Translations under genes and position numbers: made by a program | In this document: in pieces, positions 1 through 11,654 of the stretch | Layout: each line of letters opens with the position of its first letter | How positions within the stretch are numbered: the stretch's first letter is position 1 | DNA from: Camelus ferus | Taxonomy: Eukaryota | Assembly: GCF_009834535.1 (NCBI RefSeq) | Contig: NC_045696.1 | Coordinates: 74,402,001 to 74,466,000 of the forward strand | DNA: 64,000 nt | Direction: 5' to 3' | Notes under the pieces: generated by a model | What the model was told of the DNA's origin: nothing | The model's database searches: none | Seen by the model: the letters and a program-made list of their open reading frames with translations, nothing else

Positions 1-1070
1 TATTTAAAAAAGAAGACTATGAAATTTTTTAACTATGTATTTACTAAATTCATTGAAAATAGCAACAAAACACTCATTGCTAACACGGATAACTATTTCT
101 TAAAAATCTCTATTTTCAAAAAATAGAAATTTTGGTGAGAGGCATGGCACTGTTATACATTTTTACAAATTTCGTTCATACGAGAGCTTACTAGAAGAAT
201 GAATTCTTGTATCTGCTTCTGCATTTAATCTGTTGCCTTTTTTTTGGTTAAAATATAAAAAGAAAAATTTGTCTTCATACAAATATGCAGTTGGAAAAGG
301 AAGGAGTATTTTAATAACCATTTCAAATAATTATGGATAATCTTTAGTACTCCATCAAAACTTGACATGTTATTTCTTAAGGTTTAGTAGCAATGTGACA
401 CTTGAAGTGATATCAATAAACTGTGTACTTTTTATATTAAAATCCATTGTTCTCCCCTACACTTTGAGTAGATCTTTAACCCATGCACAGTTTGATAACA
501 TGCCATGTATCTGTCATTTGGGAAATATTAGTTCACTGAGTTATTCATATCTTCCAAATGTTGCCATATTTCATTATACAATACCAAAAAATAATTCACT
601 AATATCACTAATCTCATGAGGAACATCTTTGACTGTTGGGAAGTTATCAAGATACAAGTTTGCAAAATTCTAACTTTCACTGAAAGCTTGAATTTTGGCA
701 TCAAATGTTGATTGTTCTCCTTGAAAGCTCTCTTCATTTATTTGGGGGGAAAAATGCAAGATGCCCAGATTTAAGTAGCCATAGTTTGTCTGTAGGTCAT
801 TTTTTCCAAGTAAAAATGCTACTACGTTTATTTAAATTAGCCAGTTCAGTCCCCAACAAGTACAGTTTGGTGCCACTACCTTGATTCCTACCAAGGTGCT
901 AATAATTTTATCCACTGTTGCCTTTGCACCATCAGTGCAAATTGTCAGCACAGCAAAAAAGAGTAAATAATGTTTTAGTACTATCATGAAAATAGTTTTA
1001 ACTTCACAGACCACCTGAAAGAATCTCAGAAACCACCAGGGTTCTGCTGACAATACTTATGAGCTGGCAT
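1..1070. mobile_element. Charlie1-family hAT DNA transposon fossil (truncated by window start)
   Basis: Resembles remembered Charlie1 internal segments (gcagttggaaaaggaaggagtattttaataa; tattagttcactgagttat; tactatcatgaaaatagtttt) and has a degenerate terminus near 1060. Confidence 0.7.
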
Positions 1071-2970
1071 TGTCTCTTAAGGGTTAAGTGCATTTTCAGT
1101 CTGATGGTTTTCAGGATTTCTTAAACTTTTCTTAACAAAAAAAGGTGTTTTTTTTGAGGTGGACTTGAACTTGTCAGATAGATATCAATGTGTGTTAACG
1201 TGAAGAGATATTCACAATACATTATTGAGTAAAAAGTAGCGTAGTATTTATACTACGACCACATTTATGTCGTAAAAATACATACGTATACATATGAACA
1301 TACATATTTATACACATATACATATACGCATCTGTGTATAAACATGGGTGGAGGATGACATCAACAAGAGAGAATAAGAGGGGTGAGGAGTAATGGCAGT
1401 AGTTAACCTTTTCCTTTTTGCTATAAAGCAAAAGGATTTCATTAAATGTTTACTAAGCATCAACAATGTGACAGGCACACTTCTGTACTTGAAAAAAATT
1501 TTAAGTGTTTTTTATAAGGAGAAGCTTCTGGCTTTTATAATTTTAAAAAGCTTTTTCCATTTGGGGCATGGTACTATCCATGGCGATTTAGCTGTTCCTT
1601 ACTGAAGCCTTGCTTCATAAACCCCCACACTCGCCTACCCAGCACAATTTTACAAGAGTGCAGGAGTTTTTAAAAGATTCTTTGTTAACATCTATAACTA
1701 CTTCCAAAGATGTATTTAAAGTAATTGAGCTGCAGTCATCCTGTCTCTCAGTGCTATGTCATCCATATAGTATTCACTGGGGGTGTTAATCAGAGATTGC
1801 AAGAAGAGTCTTCAAAGAAACCCTTCCAGTGCTCTCAAGTGGATATGAGCTTCGTGCTCTTCATTGCTGAAATTTCTCTGCTCTGTATTGTTTGAGAAGT
1901 CTTTCTCACTGTGTCTTTAAAATCTTGTGATGGCCTCTGTAAAGCAAGCATCTAAGATTTGGGGTTTGGTTCCTAAAGAGGAAAAAAAGGAAAAATGCAA
2001 AGATTGGAACTGATGGAAGAAGATCATCCATAGTCAGCTGTACTCACTGGGATGCTGTGGTCTTGTAGAAAGAAGTCATTCTGTAGCTCTGAGGTTTGCT
2101 TACATGTTGCTGAATATCCTTTCACAGTTTGCATGTAACGTGTAATTATTTTTAAATATTAATAACAAAATAGTGTCTCATTAGATAGCAAGCATCTCCA
2201 AACCAACTTTGAGCAAGAAGATAAACATTGTGGTTGGATCTACCTCACTTTACCTCACCTTATTCCAGCTTTCCCCCATTATAAAGTTTTATCCTCTGAC
2301 AAGTTAAAAATAAGTGAAATGCAATGGAAGCAATGAGTAAATACATCCATTTTCAATATTTTATATTCCTGAGGCAGTTTTTAGGTTTGCATAAAGAATT
2401 CCTGTTGTTGATGTCTAAAAATCACAATAAATCCTTTTAGAAGTTCTACAGTACTGAACAATTTCACATTGTATTTTTAAAACAGACTCCCTTTGTTTTT
2501 GTCAAATAGTAAGAAACAACAAGGAAAGTTTAGATATTACTTTAGAACTTTAGAGTGCAGCCATTCATTATATACCGCTTGATTTTCCCCCTCATTAGCA
2601 GTAATACTTTCTATATCAAGCAAGGTGTTAGTTGATGTTTGTCAAAAAGTTGTGTATGTGATTTAACTGATAGTCACACGTCCAGTGGATAAACAAGCTG
2701 TCAGTGACCCAGGTCTTTCTTGTTCCTGTACATCCCATGGCTTAGAAGAGCTCCCTCAACAAGTCGTTGCCCAGAAGCCCTTATCCGTGAAGAAGTTGGA
2801 TAGGAATCCCAGATCTTTTAGTGATTTCCATGTCTTACGTGTAAGGTTGTCTTCAGTTAATTTATAAGCCATTGCAGAAAAGGGATGAATGGAAGAAGTC
2901 ATCAGGAAACTGACGGGAAAATGACCAGAATTGTGATGTTAACTTAGGATTCCTGAGATTATCAAGGCCA

Positions 2971-3008
2971 GAGGGGAGAGCCCAGAAGTGAGGGGAGAGC
3001 CCAGAGGT
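2971..3008 (+). repeat. 19-bp tandem duplication
   Basis: GAGGGGAGAGCCCAGAAGT followed by GAGGGGAGAGCCCAGAGGT. Confidence 0.9.
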
Positions 3009-4924
3009 GACAGGAGTAATGGGCTGTACCTCCAGGGAATATCACTTCAGGAAGAGAAAAGACTTCTAAGCCTTCGTGGCTCTGTGCAGATCCATATGAA
3101 AAACAAAGTTCTCAAGTTATTTCATCCATGATAATAATAATTAAAAAAAAGCTGGTTGTAAACCAGCGAGTCACATAGATGCAGCTTAATGGTAAACAGC
3201 TTCAACTTTCTGCATAGATTTTATGGTGGAAGTGCAAACTTTGGGTTGACTCTTGTCAGCAACAAAATTTCATAGACAAATTTTTCTTAAGCACTGTCAA
3301 AGCTTCAAAGCAGTGTGTGAGTTTAGAGAAGGTATGAAAATAGACGCATGATGTACTTGGGAAGCAGAATGTTTATAGAAGCAGCTAGTTTGTTTTTTTT
3401 TCTTTTCCTTTTCATTGAAGTAAAAAGATTGCTGTTTCTTCCATAAGGACATAAACTCATCTTGTCCAGATCAGTTGTTGTGAAGGAAGTCAGTGGCAGG
3501 TGTGCGATCCAGGCACACCCGCTGCCCGTGAGAGGGAAAAGGAGCCGCTGGAGAGACCAGTGATAAGTGCGTGTGCCTGAGGTCGGAGGTCGGACCAGCA
3601 CGGTCCTAGCCCCGTCTAGAAGGGCCAATACCTGTGAAAAAATAAGAAACCATATTGATAGGGATCAGAAGCAGAACATCAAGTAATAGTTTTCATTTTA
3701 AGTAGATTATTTCTTAATTTTCCTCAAGCTACAAAGATACAAATATATAGTTTACCCTTTTATTCATTCTTTTTTTCAGGGAGGGGGACTTTTGATGAGA
3801 TAGTAGTGTTCATTTACCATTTGAGGAGCCAAAATCATGTCAGTTCTCTCAGTCACATTACTGGTCTTACACCAACAATCACTCCAAACTTGCTGTTTGG
3901 GTGATGACAGGTAAAACTGCCGAATGAGAGCTTTTAGTTTCACCTTGTCTTGGAAACAGCACCAAGACCGCATAATGCCAAGAAATCTAGTAATTAAAAT
4001 ATATACCATTTTTCAATCATTATTGTGCTTCAGACAGCAGAAAACAATTTTTATATATCAGTCATTGCATGCTACACCACTGCATTTACAGCTTTAAGAG
4101 CCAAGTCTAGAAGAAATGAAAAAATAATTTTTGTAGAGATGAGAACCTTTCAGACGAAAGAATTGGACTCAGAACTTTCCTGTTAAAAAGGACCTCATTT
4201 TTTGTTTGTTTTTTCTTTGAATGTGGTTCTGTTTGGTTTGGGGGGTGAGGGAGGGTTAAGAAGAGTTTACTTATTGTCCTCAAAGTAATGTGGAACATTG
4301 CTGAATCTGACATAACTGACATTTCAAATTTAATTATTGTTTTCTGCCTACTTAAGAAACCACTCAAGTACTGTGCTGTTCCTTAGAGCATGTCACCCCT
4401 CTGAGAAGCTGTTAGCCACCCAGCCCTGCCTGAGTCTTGCTACTTTTGCTGGAGGTACCAGAGGGAAATACTTACTATACAGCCCAGAGTAAAGTGAAGT
4501 TACTTGCAGGAAACACTGATGATAAAAGGATATGAAATTGTGGACGTGATAATTAATATCAACTGGCACTGCCCATCACACCCTGGATTTGTTTCAAAAA
4601 ATCAAGTTGTTTGATCACTTGCTTTTGACTGAGAACTGTAAAAACCTCAGCCCTCTGATCAGAAATCCTTCCCCTAATCCTAGTGAGAGGGCCTATCACT
4701 AGCACATAATGCTAGAAATGTAGTTCACGGATCTGCTTTTCAAATGAAAGTAACGGGAGGGTACTACTGTTGCTGGAAGGTAACAAATCCTAAACTTTTG
4801 GTGCTCTTATTTTGGAAACTTACTAAACCAATGGTTTTGCTTTTCTGAGTTTTAAAGTGAAATTCAATTAAATAAACCTTGGAGGAGAGAATGTGTAAAT
4901 GTGGCGGCGTCAACTATATGTACT

Positions 4925-5092
4925 ATACTTTAAAAATACATCTCAGCAGATAGATGATGGACAGATAGGAAAAAAACAAGTATATTAAAATGTTAGTGGT
5001 GGAATCTAGGTAGTAAGTATATAGGTGCTCACCGTAAAATTCCTTTAACTTAGCTATATGTTTGATTTTTTTATGATAAAATATTGGAAAAG
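4925..5092 (+). mobile_element. Old L1 (L1M-type) 3' end fragment
   Basis: aaaatgttagtggtggaatctaggtagtaagtatataggtgctcaccgtaaaattccttt...ataaaatattggaaa resembles L1MC/ME 3' termini. Confidence 0.6.
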
Positions 5093-6929
5093 ATATATAA
5101 GACGGTGCATACCTAGTACTGAATTTGTGTACTTGAGAAACAGTCATTGCAAAACGATATAAGATTGAGTAATCTTAATGGATATTTATATTGGAGAATT
5201 CTCATCTTTGGAAAACTTGGAAAATAGAAAATATTTTTAAGATGCTTGGGAACTCTTCAGGTTATTCTCTTACAGACCAAAAGCCACTCTAAAGATAGGA
5301 AAGGCAGCATTAAGGAAGAACTGCAAGGCTATATAGCAAAAATTATATTGTGTGTCACTGCCATTTTATTATTTAACAAGTCACTGGATATCTATTTTCC
5401 CAATTAGATTTAGCCTAAAAATCAGAAAGTTACTAAATATCTGGGCACATGCATATGACTTAAATCATAGTTTAAAATGCATCAACATATTTGTTGTGCT
5501 TGCATTTCTTTTTTCAGCCAGCAGTAGACCTTTAGAACTGAGACTGATTACCCTAAGTTGTGTGTGCCTGAGCCTGGCCCAAAACTAAAAAAATTGCACC
5601 CTGTGGCTATTTTGTTTTGCCATATTGTCACAGTTGATGAGGGGAGAACACAATGGTAAATGTCTTTCAAGAACTATTTAAAGAAAAAAAGTAGTTCTTG
5701 AAAAATGCCAAACATAAGCCCCTCTGCAAATGATTCTCCATAAGGATGACATTATCCCTTCAGAAAGTTGATTTCCTCCACATATAAGAAAAATAAGAGA
5801 TCTCAAAATTGTCCTTTTACTTAGTAAGGTGATTACTTTCTGTTTAAAAGGTCTGTCCAGGCTTATGTCATAAACAGGGAAACTCTCAAGCTCTTATTCC
5901 AAGTCTTTGGGGAGAAACCCCTTCTCCCTCATTTTCTGTTTTCTCTTTTCATTGTTTCTTTGGCTTCCACAGCAGTTGTGTTGGTAGATATGTTGACACT
6001 GTGGATCTTAAAAAAAAAGGGGGGGGGGGGAAATGGAGCCAAAATGATGTCAAAGAACTGAAAGCTTAATATTATAAGGGAGAGTCAAGAGGAAACGGGC
6101 ATATTAAATGCAATAAACAAAACGTCCACTTCACCATCTGACCACACTTGCCACAAGGGACAGAAGCAATAACTGTAGCATGAATGCCTAACATTTAAAA
6201 AAAAAACAAGCTTTCATTCCTCTGGAAATATAATAAAGGAAGAGTAAAGCCCTGACCAAGTCATTTTTCTGTGAAGTGGACTTTAAATGAGTCTTCTCGA
6301 TGGCAACTTTATAGATCTCTCAAGCCATCACATTTTGTTTTCTTTTTTAAAAAATACAATTATAAAAGAAATTTATTCTTCTTTCAAGAAACTCCTAAGT
6401 CTAAAAAGAACACACAGATCATGCATAATTCCATCCCCTAGGAAAAGGGGTTTTAATATTTGGTGTCTGTCCTTTCAGATTTTTCTTCTAGAAATACGTA
6501 TCACACAATTGTACATTTTAAAAGAGAACCATACAGTTTTTCTCTGAAAGCACTTTGCTCGTACTTTCTTGTTTTATGAATGATTCCCCGTCACCCTCTG
6601 GTGTCTACATTTTCACTTTCTTTATTGTTCCTTCTCGAACTGTAAATAAAGATACTCAATACCTTTACACAGGGGAAGAGGGGGAAGCTATAACTTTCCC
6701 AGTATTCTTGCCCTGTATTTTTTGTCATTTCACAAATATTTCTGCTCCCTTTTCCCCCTTCCCTTTTTCTTTGTAAGCTGTGGTAAGAACACTTAACATG
6801 AGATCTACTATCTTCACAGATTTTTCCCTCTGTCTTTTTCTTTCAGGCCTCTCTAAGGGAAAATAAGTCCTCTCTCACCTTTACTGCCATTTATTCATAA
6901 TTTACCCTAATCTTGCTTCCATCTTCACT

Positions 6930-7420
6930 AGTTCTCTGTTCCCAAAGTCCTTGGTGACTTCCAAAATGCCAAGTACAATGCAAGTGTGCAGTCCGCCTCC
7001 TTATTTAATTTTCCCGGCATCTGACCCTGTCTACAACATATTTTCCTTCGGCTGCGTTCTGCCTCTCCTCCTACACCTATGACCATTCCTAGTCCGCCTC
7101 TTTCATGGGGTTCTTTTCTTTGGCCCACTCTTTACATGTAACGATTCTGCAGGACTCCAGCCTTAGTCCTCATCTCTTCTGTCTCTACATGTTCTTTAAT
7201 GAGCTCTACTGCTCCTACAAGTTGAATTATCCCCATCAATCCACATTTCCTGCCCTTATCTCTCTTGTAAGATACAGATCCAAGTGGCCAGCTGGATCTT
7301 TCCACTGGGATGAACTTTCCACAGACACCACAAACTCAGCAAGTATCTTCTCAGCACAGCGTCTCCTTTCCCAGGCCTCCCCTCTTCTTATCGATACTCT
7401 GTTCAACTGATGGTAACACC
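6930..7420 (+). mobile_element. L2 LINE fragment
   Basis: Pyrimidine-rich L2-like text (ggtgacttccaaaatgccaagtacaatg; ccttagtcctcatctcttctgtctctac; ggatctttccactgggatg). Confidence 0.6.
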
Positions 7421-8749
7421 ATCAACAGTTATAATAGTGTAAATACCAGCAAAGACGTTTCTGTAAATACTTGATACAGACTTGACCACCGAAAGAAGTA
7501 ATATTTGCATTTATTTTGACATCTATAGTCAAGCATAAAGTGCACGTGGGACTAATTCATACAATTAGCTCTAAAGAAGGGCTACTAGAGAATTTGATCA
7601 TTAGGAGTCCATTGGTGACTCTCGGGAATGCAGTTACAGTGAATTGCAAACTGATTGTGATTGGTTTAGAAGTGAAGAGAAAGGAAAGGACTGTGACTAG
7701 TGGGCATGGACCACACTCTCGATGGTAAAGAGGTAAGAGAGATTGAATGAATATCTTTAAGGGAAGGCAGAGTGAGAAAGGCACCTTTTAGGACAGGGAA
7801 AACAGCACTTTTGCAGGCTGTGGGGAAGGAAGGTGGTGGAGAATGGATTGAAGATAGGAAAGACAAGAAGATAGGAACTGACTACTGACAACCACAAAGA
7901 AGAGATTAGGAAGATCTTTGTTTCTTCTGTCTATATTATACAGTCTTCATTAACATTTACTTTAATAAATTCAAGTCTACTATTTAGTTCTTATTGCAGT
8001 ATTGAATAAATAATAACAAAACAAATTTTGGAAATATTTATATTTCTATTTCTTTAACCTTTACATTTATTTTGACATCTGTAGTTAGGCAAAAGATGTA
8101 ATTGAGGCTAATTTGTACAATTAACTATATCACATATTCTTTTTCCCTTTCGGAACTTCCTTTATATATGCCATTCCTAATGAGAATGAAGAATCCTTTT
8201 AATTCAGTCCATACACAACTTATCTTTCAACTAAACTCTTACTTTTTAATAAACTCTTATTCCAAAATGGACATTGGGTGCTTCATTTTTCAGGTATCTA
8301 TCCCATCAGATTTTGTTGATGTTTTGTTGTCACTTACTTGCAAGATTTTCTTATAGAATACATCCAATACCTGTGGCCATGTATTATTTTCCTATACAGT
8401 TTCCAACTTTTATGATTCATTTAATTCAACTGAATAAACCCACCTTTCTGTTCTACTTTTGTGGAGGTAGACAAGGTTGAGGAGAGATGATGGACCATCT
8501 ATAGAGAGGGAGGATTACCAGTTAGGATCAATGTTTCTAAGAAGACAACAGATTTGATCCCATGGTGTTTAAAAAGTTGTCAGCACTAACCAAAAACCAG
8601 ATAGTTCTCATTCCAGTTATTCAGAAAGGATTCATAATGGCATGGGGAAGATGGGAGACACTGTGTTTGGACTTTAAGAGATGGGACACTTATACTGAGC
8701 TGAAAGCCTCTTCCAGGGAGGGAGGCATTCTCAGCAAATGATGACTATT

Positions 8750-9248
8750 TCCTTTCTCTCTGTACCCACTTCTCCCGCCCCGCAGTCCTCACCGTTTTAC
8801 TTCCTCTGCACTGATGCTCCCTCCTCAGCTGCATGTAGGAACAGTGCCCAGCAGGCAGCATGCCCAGGCTCAGGTCGACTGGGGCCTAACCTTACTGCCT
8901 CAGTTGAGATCCTCAGCTCCAGTGTCAGCCAGCGGAGTGGGAGGAGCACAGGAAGTGAATAGCATCTGGCTTCTCCTCCCACAGAAGCCCTGCCTCCTCA
9001 CGCTGGGACAGTGGAGAGGTTGGCTTTCTTTCTCCTTCTAGTTCAGTCCTTTGACTAATGGGAAAGACCACGCAGACGCTATGGAGTTGCTTTTTGTGCC
9101 TGAAAAAAGTGCATAGATAGAAGACAGGGATTCCTGGCTGGGAGGAGGGAGGAGAGCTGAAGATCCCTGCCCAGGCTGGCCGGTCCAAGCAGTCAAAGTG
9201 GGAAGCTGAGTGCTTGAAAGAGGATTATGCTCGCAGTAGAAATAAGCA
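8750..9248 (+). promoter_or_regulatory. PEX5L: Putative internal promoter and 5' exon of PEX5L 1b-type transcripts
   Basis: Locally GC-richer, repeat-free segment with a GC-box-like CCCGCCCC (~8774-8781), GGA-rich tracts and retained CpGs. It ends at a donor-like GCA|GTAAGT (GT at 9249), about 770 bp upstream of the exon 1b ATG. Confidence 0.5.
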
Positions 9249-10022
9249 GTAAGTGAGCGAATAACCATTATGGCTTAGAAAAGGCTTAATCCCCCTGGGG
9301 TTATGGGGTGAACTAGAAAATATTGCTTAACTCAAGAGGAAAACTGCTTCTGACTCTGTGTACAATTGTCTGCTGTTTGGAGACTAAGGGCTTAAGTACA
9401 AACCCAGAGCTCTAAATGCCTCCTCCCACTGTTGGAAAATGCCAACTTCTCCTTACAGTAGTTGGGGATATAATCTCCTTCCCTGACCTAGCCTCTTCCT
9501 GGGAAGATTTACTACTAAACCAGATAAGGAATTGAGATTAAATTGGAAAGGTGAAATCTGGTACTGGCAGAAATGGCAATTTTGAATTATGTTCTGTGAA
9601 TGCTAACATTCTTATATCTATTAGCGGTGATTTGCTAATCACAAGAAAGTCTGGGGTGGGGCCTTAAAAAGGAAAATTGAAAGCTCTTATGACAGAGAAG
9701 CTGAGTAGTCCATATGTGTGAGATGAAATATAAAAATGTATATAATTAATAATAGGTGGGGGGTTGAGCATTAAACTAGGACAGCCATCAGGGAACATAG
9801 AAATGCTTGGATAAAAATTAGTTAGAAAAGGAGAAATTTTAGTTTCAATGACTTTTTGTGCTAGCCAAAAATTTCCTAATGATTACGAAGTCAAGACAGT
9901 GATTCAGGGATACTTTGATTATTTTGGTACATTATATATATGGTTGCTGGGCAAGATCTGTGGTTCTCTGGTCAGTGAGTTCTGGCAATGTAGCCACTGC
10001 TGCTGGTACAAAGAATTCTGGG

Positions 10023-10115
10023 ATGTCTGACAGTGAAATGGATGGAAGGACCCACATTCCATCTCTACTTAATGTCCTTTTGTCCAGAAATCGGGTCATG
10101 CAAATGAGCTACTTG
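10023..10115 (+). CDS. PEX5L: PEX5L/TRIP8b alternative first coding exon 1b (31 codons)
   Basis: ATG at 10023 reads MSDSEMDGRTHIPSLLNVLLSRNRVMQMSYL, recognised as the TRIP8b exon 1b N-terminus. It ends at a phase-0 donor TTG|GTACGT (GT at 10116). Splicing to 11583 places the YGKL tyrosine at residue 38, as in TRIP8b(1b-2). Confidence 0.93.
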
Positions 10116-11582
10116 GTACGTATACAGATCAATATTCGGAAAGGCATTTCTAAATGTTTTGCATTAGAGGGTCTCTGGACAATATTTTATGGCAACCAGT
10201 GGACTAAAAGGATACAAAAGCAAAGTGATAGGAAGGAAGTCAGCTTGATTAAAACCAACCTTGTACTTTTTGTTTTCCATCAGTCCTGAAATGGAACCTC
10301 AAATGAGGACAAGAATAATAATAGAGAGAAGTACTGTGGCCATCTGTTCTGTTCTAAGTGGCTAAACTCATTAATATATGAATGAGAATTCAGATTTTAT
10401 TTATGCATCCTAATACTTGAAGATTCAGAAAATCTCTTTATTACAGAAAAAAAAAACACAAAAATAGGAAGTGTGTTTATTGGGGAGGAAATGTGGAAAT
10501 CTGGTTTTGAAATGTTATAGGGGAAAAAACAGACAAGAATTGTGTCCCACAGTGTAAAGAAGATTTATGTCTTGTTTGTTAAAGGATGTAATTCTTCTCC
10601 CGATGAGATGAGGATCCTAGTATGGCACAGTAGATGCAAACTTAAGAAGTATTTTTAAGTCCTTTAATTCTAGTTGATGTAGTTAATACATAAAGCAAGG
10701 AATGTTTTTTAAAAAATAATAACCTTGGACTACAGCTAACTACGTAGTGAATTTTCTTTTCTTTTTCTTACTGGTCCTCTACAGAGGTACTATGCTTTCT
10801 GAAATTATGAAGAAGCAACTGTAGTTTCTGATATTTCCTTTAACCAGTGCACTGGGAAAAAGGAAAAAAAGGCTCAGACATACTATCTTTCTCCTGTAAC
10901 ACAACAGTAAAATGGTTGTCATGATCTGTGTCCTTTCCTAACTTTATAACTTTTCCTATGGGGAGGGTAGATGGGGAGAAAATGCCAATAAAGTGCATTT
11001 TTCAAAATGGTCTGTACTCTTCCAACTTTTCAAACTACCTAATTTTGAAGATTATTTATCTTTTTAAAATTATTTCTGGATTGTTTTTTCCAAAGTTAGT
11101 TTTCATTGGATTTATAAGCAAATGTAGAAAATCTAAGGATTTATTATCTGAATTGTGTTATACTTGCTTATTCTTAAAAATATATAAAGGATTAAAATAA
11201 AACAATAACTTAAGTCTTAAACATAGTATAAGTACTAAATGTGGTTTCGGTCTTTAAGAAAAATGTGCTGGGACTCTAAGAAATTGCTTATTTATCTCAA
11301 GTCATTAAAGAATCTTTTCTGAAAATATAGAATTGAAAAAAGAAGCATAACAAGATTCAGAAACACATTAAAGGTATAATTTGGATGCAAGAGGCCAAGC
11401 AAAGGCCAGCAGTTTAATAAAGATATTTGATGTTGTCCGTGAGGGACTGACATAAAGCATGATGCATTATGCCCAGTGAACAAGGCTAAGTAAATACTTT
11501 TGTCTTTAAAAAGTGTTAAGTAGGAATTAATGTTATTAATGGAAAGAAACTAAATGATCATTTAAAATTATTCTTTCACAAG
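10116..11582 (+). other. PEX5L: PEX5L intron between exon 1b and exon 2
   Basis: GT...AG boundaries join the two exons in frame. Confidence 0.9.
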
Positions 11583-11654
11583 AAAAGTAAAGAAAAAGGA
11601 TATGGAAAACTAAGCAGTGATGAAGACCTGGAAATAATTGTTGATCCGAAGCAG
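11583..11654 (+). CDS. PEX5L: PEX5L/TRIP8b cassette exon 2 (72 nt, phase 0-0)
   Basis: Acceptor ttctttcacaAG (11581-82), 24 codons KSKEKGYGKLSSDEDLEIIVDPKQ, and a consensus donor CAG|GTAAGT at 11655. Matches remembered TRIP8b exon 2 including the YxxL motif YGKL. Not in the ORF track. Confidence 0.96.

Noticed and set aside
9915..10289. 124-aa ORF as a standalone gene
   Set aside because: Only 10023-10115 is the real exon 1b. The start is a TTG and the tail is intron read-through past the GT donor.
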